Source: Tricharina praecox
Lineage: Eukaryota
Assembly: GCF_024521635.1 (NCBI RefSeq)
Contig: NW_026250413.1
Coordinates: 496,001 to 560,000 of the forward strand
Reading direction: 5' to 3'
Length of the DNA: 64,000 nucleotides
This document shows, in pieces, positions 10,123 to 22,818 of the stretch. The notes below the pieces were generated by a model. The model saw nothing but the letters and a program-made list of their open reading frames with translations, ran no database searches and had not been told where the DNA came from. The translations under genes and the position numbers were made by a program. Each line of letters begins with the position of its first letter. The first letter of the stretch is position 1.

Positions 10123-11129
10123 GTCAGTGCCCTCGCTACCGGATGCAGTCGGATTCTTCAGCTCCATCCTTGGTGTACTCCGGAAGTCTTGGAATTCTTG
10201 TCTGTGTCGCTAGCCAGGCCCCATACCGCTCGGGAGTAAGGGATACATACTAACAGCGCACGCACTGCTCCGTGACCTTGCGGGCACACGAAGTAGAATG
10301 GCAAGTGCTTAAACTTTAAAGTATGTACGACCACGTGTATCCCTTGGAAGGGCTGTATGTACTACAGGTTCTTGTCTACTGTGGACTGCTACCTAGCAGT
10401 ACCAGTAATTTGGTAGTGACCCGACCAGTACCACTGCCAATCACCCCCACCATCACTTTCAGACGGAGCTCTTTGCGATGTCGGCACATGCGGTACCTTT
10501 GTTAAAGACAAGACTCAACTCCCCAGAGACCACAAATGTCGAGCAAACGCGGCACTGTACCTGCCTACTACCGCGCTATCCCATACCCACCCAGGTAGGC
10601 TACTCCGACGATTTCGTTCTTCACGTAAGAACGCTCTGATGGGCAAAGGAATATTTTCACTTGATCTTCCCAGGTGAACTGCTCAACGGTTCAACTGTTC
10701 AAGCAACGCTCCGAATCTCTACCAACCAACCACTGTGCTACCAGCACCACCGCCACCACCACCACCACCAACACCACCGCCGCCACGCAAGATATCCGTA
10801 ATACTCCTAACTCCACGCCCATACAATGACCATAGCACCATGAATGATGAAAGCACCCGCCGAAATCAGAAATCAGAAGGGGAAAAAAACATCGTCAGGA
10901 ACAACCGTGAAAAACCGTGAAAAACAGAGTAGCAAATCTAAAAGGACAAATGTAAATGGGAAAGGAAAGCAGGCTCGAGTCTTGACCGATGATCCGTGGT
11001 ATGAGTTAAGAGTCGACATGCACGCATGGTGATACGGTAACTAAACTAGATAGCTAGCTAATCATCCACATCCATTTTGGTCGTCGTGTTGTCTGGGTCG
11101 CTCTGCGTCTAGACGCTCGTCAGCACTCG

Positions 11130-12128
11130 TCAGCACTCGTCTGTCGTTGAGGATGAGGGCGGGCGGGCGGGGGAGAGGTTAGTTAGCCCAACCTTGTTCT
11201 CATTCAACACCATGATATTTTCTTCTGCAACGGGCACACTCTTAGCCTTACGCAGCGCCATCCGGTTTACCTGCTTCCTCATCTTTTGGGGCGGCGCCGG
11301 CGGCGACAGCGCACCGCCTGGCTGCCTCGCGCGCTTGGGAGTTGACGTCATCGGGGTTGACACCTTTGGAGCTGACACCTTCGGGGTTGACACCTTCGGG
11401 GTTGACACCTTCGGGGTTGACACCTTTGGAGCTGACACCTTCGGGGTTGACACCTTCGGGGTTGGACCCTTGGGGATTGTGGAGGCTGGCTCCTTTGGCA
11501 CCTGTCGGGCAGCTTCGCCATCCTCCACCTGCGACGGCGGCGGCAGCATCGACGGTACGACCGGATCCTGCACCTCCACCTGCACCTCCACCTCCACGTG
11601 GGGCTGCAGCAGCACGGGCATTGGCATGGGCACAGCAGCGTCCGAATCCCACTCCCTCATGGGGGGGAGTGTGTTCTCGAGTGCATGATGAAAAGCTCTA
11701 AAGACGACCCTCTCCTCACCGGGGAGGAACCACCTGACATCGTCGTAGTCGCTGCCGGTGGGGTTCAGCCTGACGGATGCGCGGGGCCGCCGCCGCTCGA
11801 ACCGCACCGCGCGCGCGATGAAGCGCATTTGGTGCGCCCGCAGGGAGCGGTACTGTAGCACGATGTTTTCTGCCCATTCGATCGCCGACGTGGATGGGCG
11901 CTCCGGCGGCTGCCGGCGTGGAGGAATCGCGGCGTCGCTGTCGTGGTCACCGTCGGCACCGGCATTGGCACCGGCGTTGGCGGCGTCGCCGGCATCGGCT
12001 GTGGCGTGAGACATGTACTGTGGCTGTGCGAGCGGAGAGGGTCTCGGTCCGAGGGGGGACAAGGGTCGGGAGGCGTACTGATCGGTGGGTTGAAGCTTGG
12101 CTGGGGATAGCTCGTAGCCGCCGAGCAA
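11130..12128 (-). CDS. Hypothetical Pro/Ser-rich protein with (VSTPK)n repeats; 5' end uncertain (may extend to ~12391)
   Basis: 332-aa ORF with a TTG start. An upstream ORF (12137-12421) is out of frame across a purine-rich repeat. Confidence 0.5.
   Translation of the reverse strand: MLGGYELSPAKLQPTDQYASRPLSPLGPRPSPLAQPQYMSHATADAGDAANAGANAGADGDHDSDAAIPPRRQPPERPSTSAIEWAENIVLQYRSLRAHQMRFIARAVRFERRRPRASVRLNPTGSDYDDVRWFLPGEERVVFRAFHHALENTLPPMREWDSDAAVPMPMPVLLQPHVEVEVQVEVQDPVVPSMLPPPSQVEDGEAARQVPKEPASTIPKGPTPKVSTPKVSAPKVSTPKVSTPKVSTPKVSAPKVSTPMTSTPKRARQPGGALSPPAPPQKMRKQVNRMALRKAKSVPVAEENIMVLNENKVGLTNLSPARPPSSSTTDEC
11335..11475. repeat. 15-bp coding minisatellite (ggggttgacaccttc), ~9 units
   Basis: Seen directly; encodes VSTPK/VSAPK. 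Confidence 0.9.
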
Positions 12129-12138
12129 GCACTGGGTC

Positions 12139-12310
12139 AGAGAGGGGAGGGAGAGGAGGGAGAGGAGGGAGAGGAGGGAGAGGAGGGAGAGGAGGGAGAG
12201 GAGGGGGAGAGGGGGGAGAGGGGGAGGAGGGGTAGTGGGGTTGCCTGTCGTGGAGCGAGAGGAGAGGAGGAGGAAGAGGAAGAGGAGGAGGAGGAGGAGG
12301 AGGAGGAGGA
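12139..12310. repeat. Purine-rich repeats (gagaggagg)n and (gag)n
   Basis: Seen directly. Confidence 0.85.
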
Positions 12311-12764
12311 ATGACGAGCGAAATAGAGTGGGGTGGAGTAGGTAGAGCTCACAGCGTTTTCGACGACCGACATGACCGCCTCTCCGCCCATGCCCGCCAG
12401 CCCCGCCAACGTTTGTTCCACCCAGTCAGCTCTAGCTTCAGTTACAGGCCGCAGCCTCCACCGCCGCCGAGAGTTATTCGATGAATCCTCGTGCGCTCGG
12501 CTCGCACTCGCCGAACGGAGCTCTACCTAGATGCCCAGCCAGCGGAGTCTACTCTGCCTACCTCAAGCTTCCGTCCGAGTCTTGTGCGACCCACGTTGCA
12601 TAGCTGCTGCGGCTATGGTTCAGGATCAATGCACATGACATATCATCATCACTCCTGCGCAGGCAGCACAGCCCCACCAAGAGCTGTAGAGTATTAGGCC
12701 CTGCGCAAAAACACCGCATCACCTTCGGTTGTATCTCCTTTAGTAATACATCGCCATCACCGAG

Positions 12765-14405
12765 ATGGTCTACTACGCCCGCCCGCCCGCGGACCTAGAA
12801 GCCGATGTCCTCCCAACCTACGAGGCGGCTATCGCTACTGTGCGGGATCCAGCACCACTATTCTGCAGGTACATCCACCGCAGCGATGTATTCTCGGCGA
12901 CGCTGGTGTGTAAATCCTGGCACTCAGCTCTGGACCCGATTATCTGGGAGGCGCCGCATCGATATTGGGGCATGGGCGAGCGCAGCGAGCTAAGTAAGTG
13001 AGTGAGTTTGTACGCCTAACCCGCCGCCCACGGATTATGCAGACGTTGATATGCACCCACCTATGTCACAGCCAGCTTTGAGCTCTTCGCACAAGTGATC
13101 TCCTCGCTGCGACAGCCAATCCCTCACACGCGCACGCTCTCGCTCGAACATGTGCAGCCATCGATCTACACCTCTCTCCCGCCGCGGTGGCTGCACGACC
13201 TCCTCGCGGCCTTCCCGCGGCTTCAGGAGCTGCGCATGAGCAACTTCCCGTTCCTAGACTCCGCCTCGCTCCTCGCCGTGGGGGGGCTACGGCAGCCACA
13301 CACGGCGCTTCTCCGTCTCTCCGCGCCAAAGAGCTACAACGCCACCGCGGCGGGGCTCGCCGCACTACTCTCGCGCCTCCCCCGTCTGCAGTCCTTCGAC
13401 CTCTCCACCTGCAGCGGCGCGGGTAGCGCCGCCGCGCTGAGCTCCATCCCGCGCTCCGTCACCAGTCTGGCCCTGCGAGACCTGGACCTGACCGATGCCG
13501 CGTGGAAGCCGCTGGCGGAGCGGATGGCGCTCGGGATTCGCTCGCTCGACGTACGTGGAAACGCACTCACTGATAAGGCCGTGCAGGCGATGCTCGACTA
13601 CTCGTTTGCGCCGCCGGGATACCACGATTCCTCCTCCGCGGGGGAGGCCGCAGAGCTTCGCCCAGAAGCAGGCTTAACCCACCTCCGCATTGCGGACAAC
13701 CACCTGACCGTGGCCGGCGCAATAAAGCTGCTCAAGACCTCACGTCTGGTGACCCTTGACCTAGGCACCCCCACCCCTGCCTCCGCTGACGGTAGTGGCG
13801 GTGGCGTTGGGGGCGGCGGGGGCGGGGGCGGCGGGGGTGGTAACATACTCGCCCTCCTCCCAGCGCTCCTAACCTCCCACACCCTGCGCACCCTCCGCGT
13901 TTCCCACCGCCTCGTCACAGACGCGCACGGCCTGCGACGACACATGCTGCCGCGCCTACGCACGCTAGTGCTCTGCGGCGTGGCCGAGTGGATGCCGCGC
14001 GCGCAAGTGGCGGGGTTGCTGCAGTTTATTGATACCCCCGCCGCGGTCGAGGGGGAGGGGGATGGGTTGGTGGTTTTGGGGCTTGAGATGGTGGGGCTTG
14101 GTGAGGGGGGGGATGGAGGGGTGGGATGGGAGGGAGGGGGCGGCTGGGGGGGGGAAGGGGAAGCGGGGTTTAGTTTCTTCGACGGCGATGGTGGTGGGGA
14201 GGGTGGTGGTGATGGTGGGGAGGATGGTGGGGGGGAGGGTGGTGGGGCTGGAAGAAGCGAGACCCTAGCGGAGGTCAAGAAGCTGCGTGATGCGAAGACG
14301 GGCTGGCAGGGGAGGATCGCGGTGGTGAGGGATCTGGGGGGCCGCGAGTCGTACGAGACAGGTGTGGAAGGGGAGCGCTGGGGGGTGGTTAGTGAGCGGT
14401 ATTGA
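12765..14405 (+). CDS. F-box-like / leucine-rich-repeat protein
   Basis: Exon 1 has SATLVCKSWHSALDPIIW (F-box-like). Intron 12994-13071 restores frame. LRRs include LQELRMS, LQSFDLSTC, IRSLDVRGNALTD and LTHLRIADNHLT. Confidence 0.8.
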
Positions 14406-14882
14406 AGTTTTAGAGAATGGGAGTTTAGAGGATACTGGGATACCTACTCGTGCACCTACAGCCTCACTTGGGAAGTTGGGAGGACGCCTTCTGCGTGGAC
14501 AGGGTCTTTGTCGGATGTCTATGTAATATATTCACGCCTTCTACGGCTGTCCCCGCCCGTTCAACCCGCTACGGCTCCTCCATTTCCGTGAACCGTATTC
14601 TACCGTAGTTATCGCCGGCGAGTGTAGCGTCCAACAGTATCGGCACTTCACGCTGCGAGTAGGTAGTATGGATCGTCCACAGCTCAGAGCGGGAAGAAGT
14701 TTGCTACAGGCAGCAGATAGATTCGAAAGCAGCAAGCAAAAAACTACAAACGCAAACGCAAACGCAAAAAGCACAACCCAATAACCACAATGCCCAACCA
14801 AAAAGACCGCAATATCCGACTTGGTACCTCATTCCAAAAAGACAACTGAGTATCCACGTTTCCCCCCGCCACGCCTGTTCGT

Positions 14883-16988
14883 TTACCTATAATAAGCGCT
14901 CCGCTCCTCCCTAACGCGATGACCCTCGAGCGTAAACTCAGGCATCCTCGGCGGTGGCGGCGGCGGCGAGATGATGTTCAGGGTCAGCTCCCATCCGGGC
15001 GTCACCAGATCCTGCCACTCTTCCGGCCTGATCCTCCTGCCGTCGGCCTCGAGGAGCTCGTACATGCCCGACATCACGGCGGGACCAATCTTGTCGAGGT
15101 AGCCGCAAGCGCCCTTGATGAGCTCTTGCATGTCCTGCGGGTATCATATTACGTCAGCATTCTAGCCAAGATGGGTGGGAAGTTGGATTTTAAAGCTTAC
15201 ACCAAACTTCTTGCACTGCGCGTAAGGGAAAGAAACGACACGACCGGTGGGATCGATCAGCTTCAGCGGTGTGGGTAGGGGCGCTGGCGAGCGGAAGGCT
15301 GGTTCGCTCCAAGCGGGGTCATCCCTTGCCGGTGGTGGCGGCGGCCCGCGAGGGTCGAAGGGATATCCGGACCCTGGCGGGGGAGGTCCACGAGGTGAAG
15401 GAGCTCCGCGGGGCGGCGGTGGTCCACGGGGTGCCGGGGCGCCACGGGGCGGCGGAGGAGCGCCACGGGGTCCCGGGTGGAAGTCGTCGTCGTCACTGCC
15501 ATGAGTGCCGGCGCTGACGTATCGGACGGGGGATGGTCGATCACCGCCGAAGTCACGATGACTACCTGGGCGGCTGTGTGGGGCTTCGGCATATGGTCCC
15601 CCATGGCGGGATGACGGAGGCGGGGGCGGCGACGGCGGACCACGGGGCGGGTGACTGGCATATTGCGGGCCGTCGAGGTAGTCTTCGGGATCGGAATCCA
15701 TTGTGTACGGGTCCATTTGCGGGGGGCCTCTCGGACTCGGTGGCACCGGGGCACCCCGGCCGTAGCTTGCACCATGGCCAACTCTCGGGGGAGGCTGTTT
15801 TACAGTTAGATCAGGCCGATCAATCACAAATATTCTCTCCGAGAACTCACCCTGCCCCCGCTACCACCGGGTGGTCCACCACCCCTACTGCTGTGGCGGG
15901 ATGGACCGGGCGGCGGACGCCCCTCACGTCCCTTTCCACGACCATCGTGCACTGCATCCTGCATCGCCTGAGCCTGTCGCGCCTCGTGCATGGCCGCTGC
16001 TTGTCGGTGCTCTTGCATCGCCTGTGCCTGTCGGGGATCGTGTATCGACGGCGCACGGCCCTGATGCCTTGCAAGGTCTTCGGCTATACGGGCTTCCTGC
16101 AAACGGAGGCGTTCAACCTCGTCTGCCAAAGCTGACGCCTGAGAAGACTAAAAAAAACACGCATGAGTTTTTTTCCCGCCAATCCTACGATCACGATCAC
16201 GATCGCGAACAAACTTACATGACTGCTGCCGGCATAGCGGGGAGCACCCGGCGGGTTGTGGTAGACCTTTGCGCGACGGCCGTCGGCAGTGGCATAAGAT
16301 GCGTACGACGCTGATGCCGGGGAGTGTGGATCTTGGAACTCTCCGCCGCCGCCTCGGCCTTCCGAATACTGCGCACGCGAGACAGGAGAATCGGCCTAAT
16401 AATGTCAGCCCCGCTTCGCCTCACCACCCCTGCTCGGCCCCCCCTCCCATAATCCCTTACCCCTCCTTTCTGTTCCCGCATTTTCCGCAACATCTCCTTC
16501 AGCTCCTCCTCCTCTCGCTTAAGCTTACGCTCTTCATCGGTAGCCGTTGAGCGCCTGCTATGGTGCGACTGCGGGTGAGGATGTTGTTCTCGTTGTTGTT
16601 GTTGGTGGGGGTGCTGTCCCGGGTGCTGTCCTGGGTGCTGTCCCGGGTGCTGTCCCGGGTGCTGTCCCGGGTGCTGTCCCGGGTGCTGTCCCGGATGCGG
16701 TCCGCGAGGGTGCTGCTGCGGATGGTGAGGAGGGCCATGAGGATGGGGACCATGAGGATCGGGATGCTGATGGGGATGCGGGTGCTGTCCATGGTGTTGA
16801 CCCGGATGGGCATGTTGTCGCGGCGCGACGTAGCCGTCCTCGCTGTCGTAGCCATCGTCGTTCGGGTCACCGCGGTACGTCTCCCACGAGCCTGGCCGCG
16901 ACGGCGGCCGTACTAGCTCGTAGTCAGACGTGGAGTCGCCAAAGTCGCTGTCTTCATCGTCGCTGCGCACGACAATATTAAGCGGCAT
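14883..16988 (-). CDS. Multi-exon Pro/His-rich protein with a C-terminal fungal ubiquitin-like domain
   Basis: LKLIDPTGRVVSFPYAQCKKFG|DMQELIKGAC..GMYELLEADGRRIRPEEWQDLVTPGWELTL matches the fungal 'DAVGRKFSFP..GHYDL..W..PGW' domain. Start MPLNIVVRS at 16988; internal exon borders are approximate. Confidence 0.7.
16609..16692. repeat. 12-bp coding tandem repeat x7 (HPGQ)
   Basis: gggtgctgtccc seven times, one unit with a single substitution. Confidence 0.95.
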
Positions 16989-19900
16989 GTTTCTCGCGAT
17001 GTTATGGAAAAATAAATAAGGAGGAGGAGTTGTTGACGGTGAGGTAAATGAAATGAGGGGGCTGATGCTGCTGCTGAGGGGCGGAGCTCGAGCTGCGTGT
17101 GATGGATGGATGGATGGCTGGACGGATGGGGTGTTATGTATGATGTCGAGCACGGCGGTATGTACGTGGGTATATGTACTCAACGTCTAGCTCCCCCAGG
17201 CAGCAGCTCGCTGGCTGGCTGGCTGGCTGGACCGTGGGCTTAATGCACGCAGTGCGCACACCGCATCCATCTGCTCGACGCAGGTTTTTTTTCTTTCTTC
17301 CTTCCAAAACACACACACACGCCCAGACTAACATACGCACGATGAGGGAATGTGGGATCGCAGCGGCCTGCCCCAGCCAGCCAGCCATCCAGTCATCCAT
17401 CTACAAATCCTCTACCGCCCGCAAGTCAGGAGACGCCTGCTCGCGGGAAGTTCAATATCCTTGCCGCCGTACGTATCTCACGTAGGTATCTCACGTTACA
17501 CGGGGCCTAAGTTCCAACTATTCACTGCAGCCCTGCGGAAAACCGCCGTGTCGCGCAGGTGGAAGGGAGCTGGATAAATGGGTAGGCGACTGGTAAGCCC
17601 GTAGGTATGGTCGCCTCGAAGTCGAGTCAGACAGACTGTTCCACAGAGGTGGCGTAGCTCTCAGTGGGCTTTGATCGGATCGGCGGTTTCGTTCCGGTGC
17701 GGGAAAGACGTTGACGGTGGAGGGACTGGAGTATTGCAGAGTAGAGTAGAGTACCGGTAGTGGTGGTAGAGGCAGAGGCAACCCCATTCGCGGTTATCCT
17801 CGTTGTCTGTCCGTCCTGTCAGTCAGTCCGCCGACGAGTGTGAGTGTTGGGACGATCGCGAGGGAGATCATGAGCTGGCAGCTCGGGTTACAGGCTTACA
17901 GCGCGGTATCGGTACGACGACTTTTGTTGGGCGGCGGCTCTGGCGACGGCTCTGGCGACGGCTACGGCCTGGTAAGGTAAGGTAAGGTAATATATTGGTC
18001 AAAAGGCAGGACACTGGGGACAGGGCTTGAGTGCCTGGGTCGTGCTATATATAGGGCTTCAGTCTCATCGCTTTACTCTATATTCAGCCATGCTCGTCGT
18101 ATGTACTCTATATTGTACCCACTGTATGTAGGGTGTTCCGTTCCATAATTCTACCTATATTCAGTCATGTTCTGTCATGATGTAGGAGAGAGTGAAGAGA
18201 AAATCGATTTGTTGTCGCATGCAGCCTTACTACCTACACTATGGTAACTGCTATGCTGTGGGAGCCATCGGGCTCCAAGTTCGGGCTTCCAAGTTCGAAA
18301 CCCACACACCGAGTGAGACCTCATGCGCCCATGCCCGCCGTGGCAGAGTGAAGCAAACGAGATTCTATATTCCAAGCTCCCACCTACTTGCTTACATGTG
18401 TTTAAGCAAGTCCCATTCAGTCCGCCAGAGTGCACGTAATGCACCGTTCGCCCTGGGTAAGCAAAGGCGAGCATTTACCTAGTAACTACGTGAGTAAGTA
18501 GTTGTGTGTTCATTCAACTTGCAACTAGACGACAGTGGACACTAGAACTCCCCATTGCAATACCGAACACTCGACTTTATCGTTCACACATATTTTCCCA
18601 CATATCATGTATGTACAAGACGTGCGTCCCCGCTGCACCCAACCAGCTACTTACCACAATCCGCAGCTGCACTCCACATCGCCCCACACCACACGGCCGT
18701 GAAAGCCCCAGACTCCAGTGACCCTCAGACTACCTACCTAGTCCGCAAGCTTGACACCGAACCGTTGAATTTGCCGTTCCGTCTTCACGAATGCACTGGT
18801 ATTTAGCCCAGCCATTACCAAACGGAAAGGATAGGTAGTCTGAGCCCACCAGCAAAGATCCCTCGTATGCATCCACAGTGAACCCCACGCAGAAAACAAG
18901 ACATATTTGTATACACTTGGGACACAGCATCTCCGTCCTGCCCGCCAAGAGACTCCGCTCCCGAGCCAGCCTGAATACCACAAACTTGATATCTCTTTGA
19001 CTGCCTTTAGCACTCTTAGGAGCAAGGGAGTGAGCGGGCTGAACTTTTTTTATTTGTTTAATCATCGTTGCATTCGACCTTATTAGATCATGGCAGATTA
19101 TATAACCTTTTCCACCCGGCTGTCCCGGACCGCTGGCCGGCCGCGAGCTCGATACCGGTTCCCTATTGCTCTCCGCCCAGCCCCTCCCCGCGAGTCAAAC
19201 CTCCCCCCACTCAAACTCCTGTTCAAATATCGCCGCTCAAAATTTCCATTGTGGAATTCTCTTGCTGCCATCCAACTACCGAAACTTATTGATATCATAA
19301 GTTGTAGCGTCGATAGACTCTGGATTCGTGACCAGTCATCTCGTCGGATCCACCACTATTTACTGCTCACATGCGGTTAGCACAACTCGTTTATTTGCAA
19401 TGGTTCAGACATACATAGTTGCAGTCGGCTGCAATCCATCTTAAAGCGCTTTTGCAGCTGATAATCTTCGGTAGTTGGCGGACGAAAATCGTTCATCTCC
19501 AGTTCATGTCTGGAGAGGCTGCCGGATGACTCGTGATTCCCTCGGACTAGAGGTTTACGCTTTCTCTTTCAACCCTCCCCGCTCAACCATCGCCGCGCAA
19601 CCTTCCCCTCCCCGGGGTACTTCGGTACCTCCTCCTCTATCTCGCCCGGGGGTAAGCGTAGCAGCAATGTGGCAGGTCGCTAACCTGGCCGTTTGGTTGG
19701 CGAGAGTGCGCTATTGTCCACATCCGACTGGGTTCCCTTTCTCAACAGAGCAATTTCCTTAATAACACGTCAGTACTGTTGCGGTCCCATTTAATTAATT
19801 ACCAGCTCAATAGTAACTACCTTCTGCATAACTGCTGCGCGTTGGACTTTGGCAGGAACTTTTAGTTGCCCATTCCTCACCATCTCCACCATTAGCTTGA

Positions 19901-20171
19901 GAGTATTCTCATCGGTGCTGTCGGCTTATTTGTTGACATCGTTGTCGTCGTGATTGTCTTCATGGTTTGCATCGTGGTTGTCTGAGCTTTCGTAATCCTC
20001 CGCCTCATGCAATGCTGCTAGCTCTTCCTCATGGTGGGAGTTTGGTGACCTTGCTGGTCTCTGAAGTGTGTTAATGAACCGTAGACTGTGGAGACCTGGT
20101 CAGCGGCCTTGGACAGATGGGACGGGATGTTTAGTGGAATGAACGTACCTTGACGGACCCCAATTTTGTGT

Positions 20172-20495
20172 CGTGAGTGTGGAGGGGGGAGAGTGTGGAG
20201 AGGGGAGAGTCGAGAGGGGGAAGAGTGGGAATCGGTCGAGAGTCGGGAGGGGACGAGAGTGTGGAGGGGTCGAGACAGTGGAGTGGACAAGAGTGTGGAG
20301 GGTCGAGAGTGTGGAGGGGTCGAGACAGTGGAGTGGACGAGAGTGGAGAGCAGGAAGAGTTTGGAGGGTCGAGAGTGTGGAGGGGTCGAGAGTGTGGAAG
20401 GGGGAGAGTGGGGAGCTGTCGAGAGTGTAGAGGGGATGAGAGGGTGGAGGGGGAGAGACAGTGGAGGGGGAGAGTGTGGAGGGGAGAGACAGTGG
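20172..20495. repeat. Degenerate purine-rich minisatellite (gagagtgtggaggggtc / gagacagtggagtggac)
   Basis: Many imperfect 17-18-nt units seen directly. Confidence 0.85.
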
Positions 20496-21324
20496 TCTTG
20501 GAGTGAGCTGCAAAGCGCCGCACTGGGATACGGACACCTGGTTAACGCAGTCGCATCCGTGGAAGAGACGCGGGATATAGCGAGCATGTCTTGACGGCCC
20601 CAGCGAGTGTCTGGTCGAAGGAATCGAGTGAGAACTGAGTCAGATATTGAGATCTTTGGTTCTGTAGGCGCTGCAGATCTTAGGCGTCTCCCTGGCCGCG
20701 AGGAGTCTCTCTTTGGCGTCTCCCTAACAGCGAGAGGGGAGTCTCTCTGGCCGCGAGGGGATCGCCGCAACATATATCTCCACTGCATCACCATCCCCAC
20801 GTCAGAAGCAAGCCTTCTTCAACTCGGTGGTGGACGAATTCTTGATGATGCTCCGCTGCCGACCGCCCACCCCTCCACCACCCCGTCTCCGCCGGTGGGC
20901 TGTTTGTTTTGCCGATCAAATGGGTGTGGCTTCATACGATAGGTATTGCGACTTGATTTCTCCAGTTTCTAAGCAGAAACAAGCCACAGCAACTCCGGCC
21001 AGTTAATGGCCAGTCTCACTCCTTCCCGTAGGTATGGGTGGGCAAGGTGTAAGAAGGAAATGAGACCGTATAGAACTGCAACTTGTTTCACGATGTTTTG
21101 TGTTTGCGTCCATCTTCCGCACTCACTCACTCACTCCCTCACTATCAGCTGCATAAGACCGTATTACCTGGTTTTGCAAAGAATTGGATGGACTCTTCGG
21201 CCATACTCGTGATGATTTGACTACTGAATACATACGCGCTCATGGCGAGATTGATACAAAAAATAGCCTGAGCCCTTAAATATGCACCCAACGACCCGGT
21301 GCATCCCAGCCCTTCATTCCCTTC

Positions 21325-21945
21325 TTAAGCCATATCCGAAGGCAAATCCTCCGCCACTCTCTCGCCCTTATTCCCCCTATTATTCCCCATGGGTAACTCA
21401 TGGCCCAGTCCCCTCTGCCTGGGGTCCTGGCGTGGATTAGCGCCACCGAGCTCCTCACTGGCCTGGGAGACCTGTCCCGTCGCATGTTTCGCGAGGCCGA
21501 GGCGCTGGCGCGTGCGCTTATGCTGTCCGTCGTGGTGAACCTCCTTACTGGTCATGCCGGAGCCGGGATGTCCCAGGCCCTGGTGGACGTCGCCAGATGT
21601 CGCACCCGGCATGCCTTCTATCCCCGTCGGGAAGATCGAGTCGCCTACTGTGTTCTCGGCGGCGTTGGGCTGGAAGGTTCGCTCGGGAGGCGCGCTGCCC
21701 GGTGCCATGGTCTGCGCGTGGAAGGTCGGGACTGTGTCAGAGGGGGAGGTGATCCGGCCCGGTTGGTGCTGGAAAAAGGTTAGATGGGAGGAGGAACGAG
21801 GGAGGGGGAGGCGTACGCCGCCCGTCATCATCGGGTGGTCCCGAGGTCGGCTCGCGTGGAATTGGCCTTGGTTGCTGACGGCGTCGATGTTGTAGGAGTG
21901 CTGGTCCTTGGAGGCGGCGATGGGGGTGGAGTGTGAGCCTGACAT
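21325..21945 (-). CDS. Conserved fungal hypothetical hydrophilic protein
   Basis: ATG at 21945, intron 21769-21816; motif GATSGDVHQGLGHPGSGMTSKEVHHDG recalled from uncharacterised ascomycete proteins. Confidence 0.75.
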   Translation of the reverse strand: MSGSHSTPIAASKDQHSYNIDAVSNQGQFHASRPRDHPMMTGGVRLPLPRSSSHLTFFQHQPGRITSPSDTVPTFHAQTMAPGSAPPERTFQPNAAENTVGDSIFPTGIEGMPGATSGDVHQGLGHPGSGMTSKEVHHDGQHKRTRQRLGLAKHATGQVSQASEELGGANPRQDPRQRGLGHELPMGNNRGNKGERVAEDLPSDMA

Positions 21946-22818
21946 TGTTGGAGTGTGTATATGAGTTTGCGTGTGTATATGTGTGTGGTGTATGCTTCGA
22001 AGCTGAATAGATGCAAGTTCGTTGAAGAGTCTCCCACCACAGTGCGAAACCCCATCCTTGATATACACACCTCAGTAGCTTCCTCGGGCCGTGACGTCAA
22101 CCGTGCCTCAGTGGTGATGAACGTCAACGTTCGACGTCATGTCACGGGGATGCCACCACGGATCTACGCGGGCTATTGCCGTGCTTGGAGGCACCGGTGG
22201 ATAGGTCCATCTGATCGTCTGTAGATAGCACAATCGTGACTATTGGGTATGTAAGCCGCTGATTCGGCGAGGGATTGGCGGTGATCATAAGGTAAACCGA
22301 TGATAATCATTGAGGGATCATCATCAGCGCAGAGTTAGGGCCCTGGGGGTTGCAGATACGCACAGATGAGGACTTCCCATCGCAACGGCCTGATTGTACA
22401 AAACTGACCGGAATCCACAATTCTTGTCGAACTCGGGTGGTAAATTGATCCATATGATATCACTCGCTGATAATAGAACGTGATATTTGGCGTGGACCTT
22501 GGCGGGGCTCGTAATGCAATCAATGACTAAACAAAATGATAGTCACCATGGCGGTGTGTTCCGGTACATAGTACTAGAGGGACCAAAGTTGAAAAGATGA
22601 GAAATTCGCAGTTCCAGCTCCAGCCAGCAAACCACCAGGCCCAAGTATGAGGAGAGATACATACCGGTACTCGTACATCGCTGTCCCATTATCGACACCA
22701 ATCAAAAAATTCCCACCGCCTATAGTACAAACAAGCCGAAGCTACGTAAAGGCAACCCAATCCAACCATCCACATCCCATAACGCCTCATAAAAACGGAA
22801 ATCCAAAGCACAGCACGC

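Larger units (their letters stand above)
4555..10590. repeat. Triple tandem duplication of a ~2-kb unit carrying a WLM gene (units ~4555-6631, ~6632-8644, ~8854-10590)
   Basis: Shared blocks: aaaatgagactgatgattg (4575/6646), aatcagcgtcagccatccgattccgtac (4757/6724), the WLM CDS three times, and gagcaaacgc...ccatacc (6496/8520/10541). Confidence 0.92.

Noticed and set aside
16989-17183. ORF-track extension MSTYTHVH...
   Set aside because: TTG start and UTR-like sequence; the ATG at 16988 is more plausible.
20018-20594. Several long ORFs in all frames, and a superficially CRISPR-like periodicity
   Set aside because: Produced by a stop-poor minisatellite with no unique spacers; eukaryotic context.
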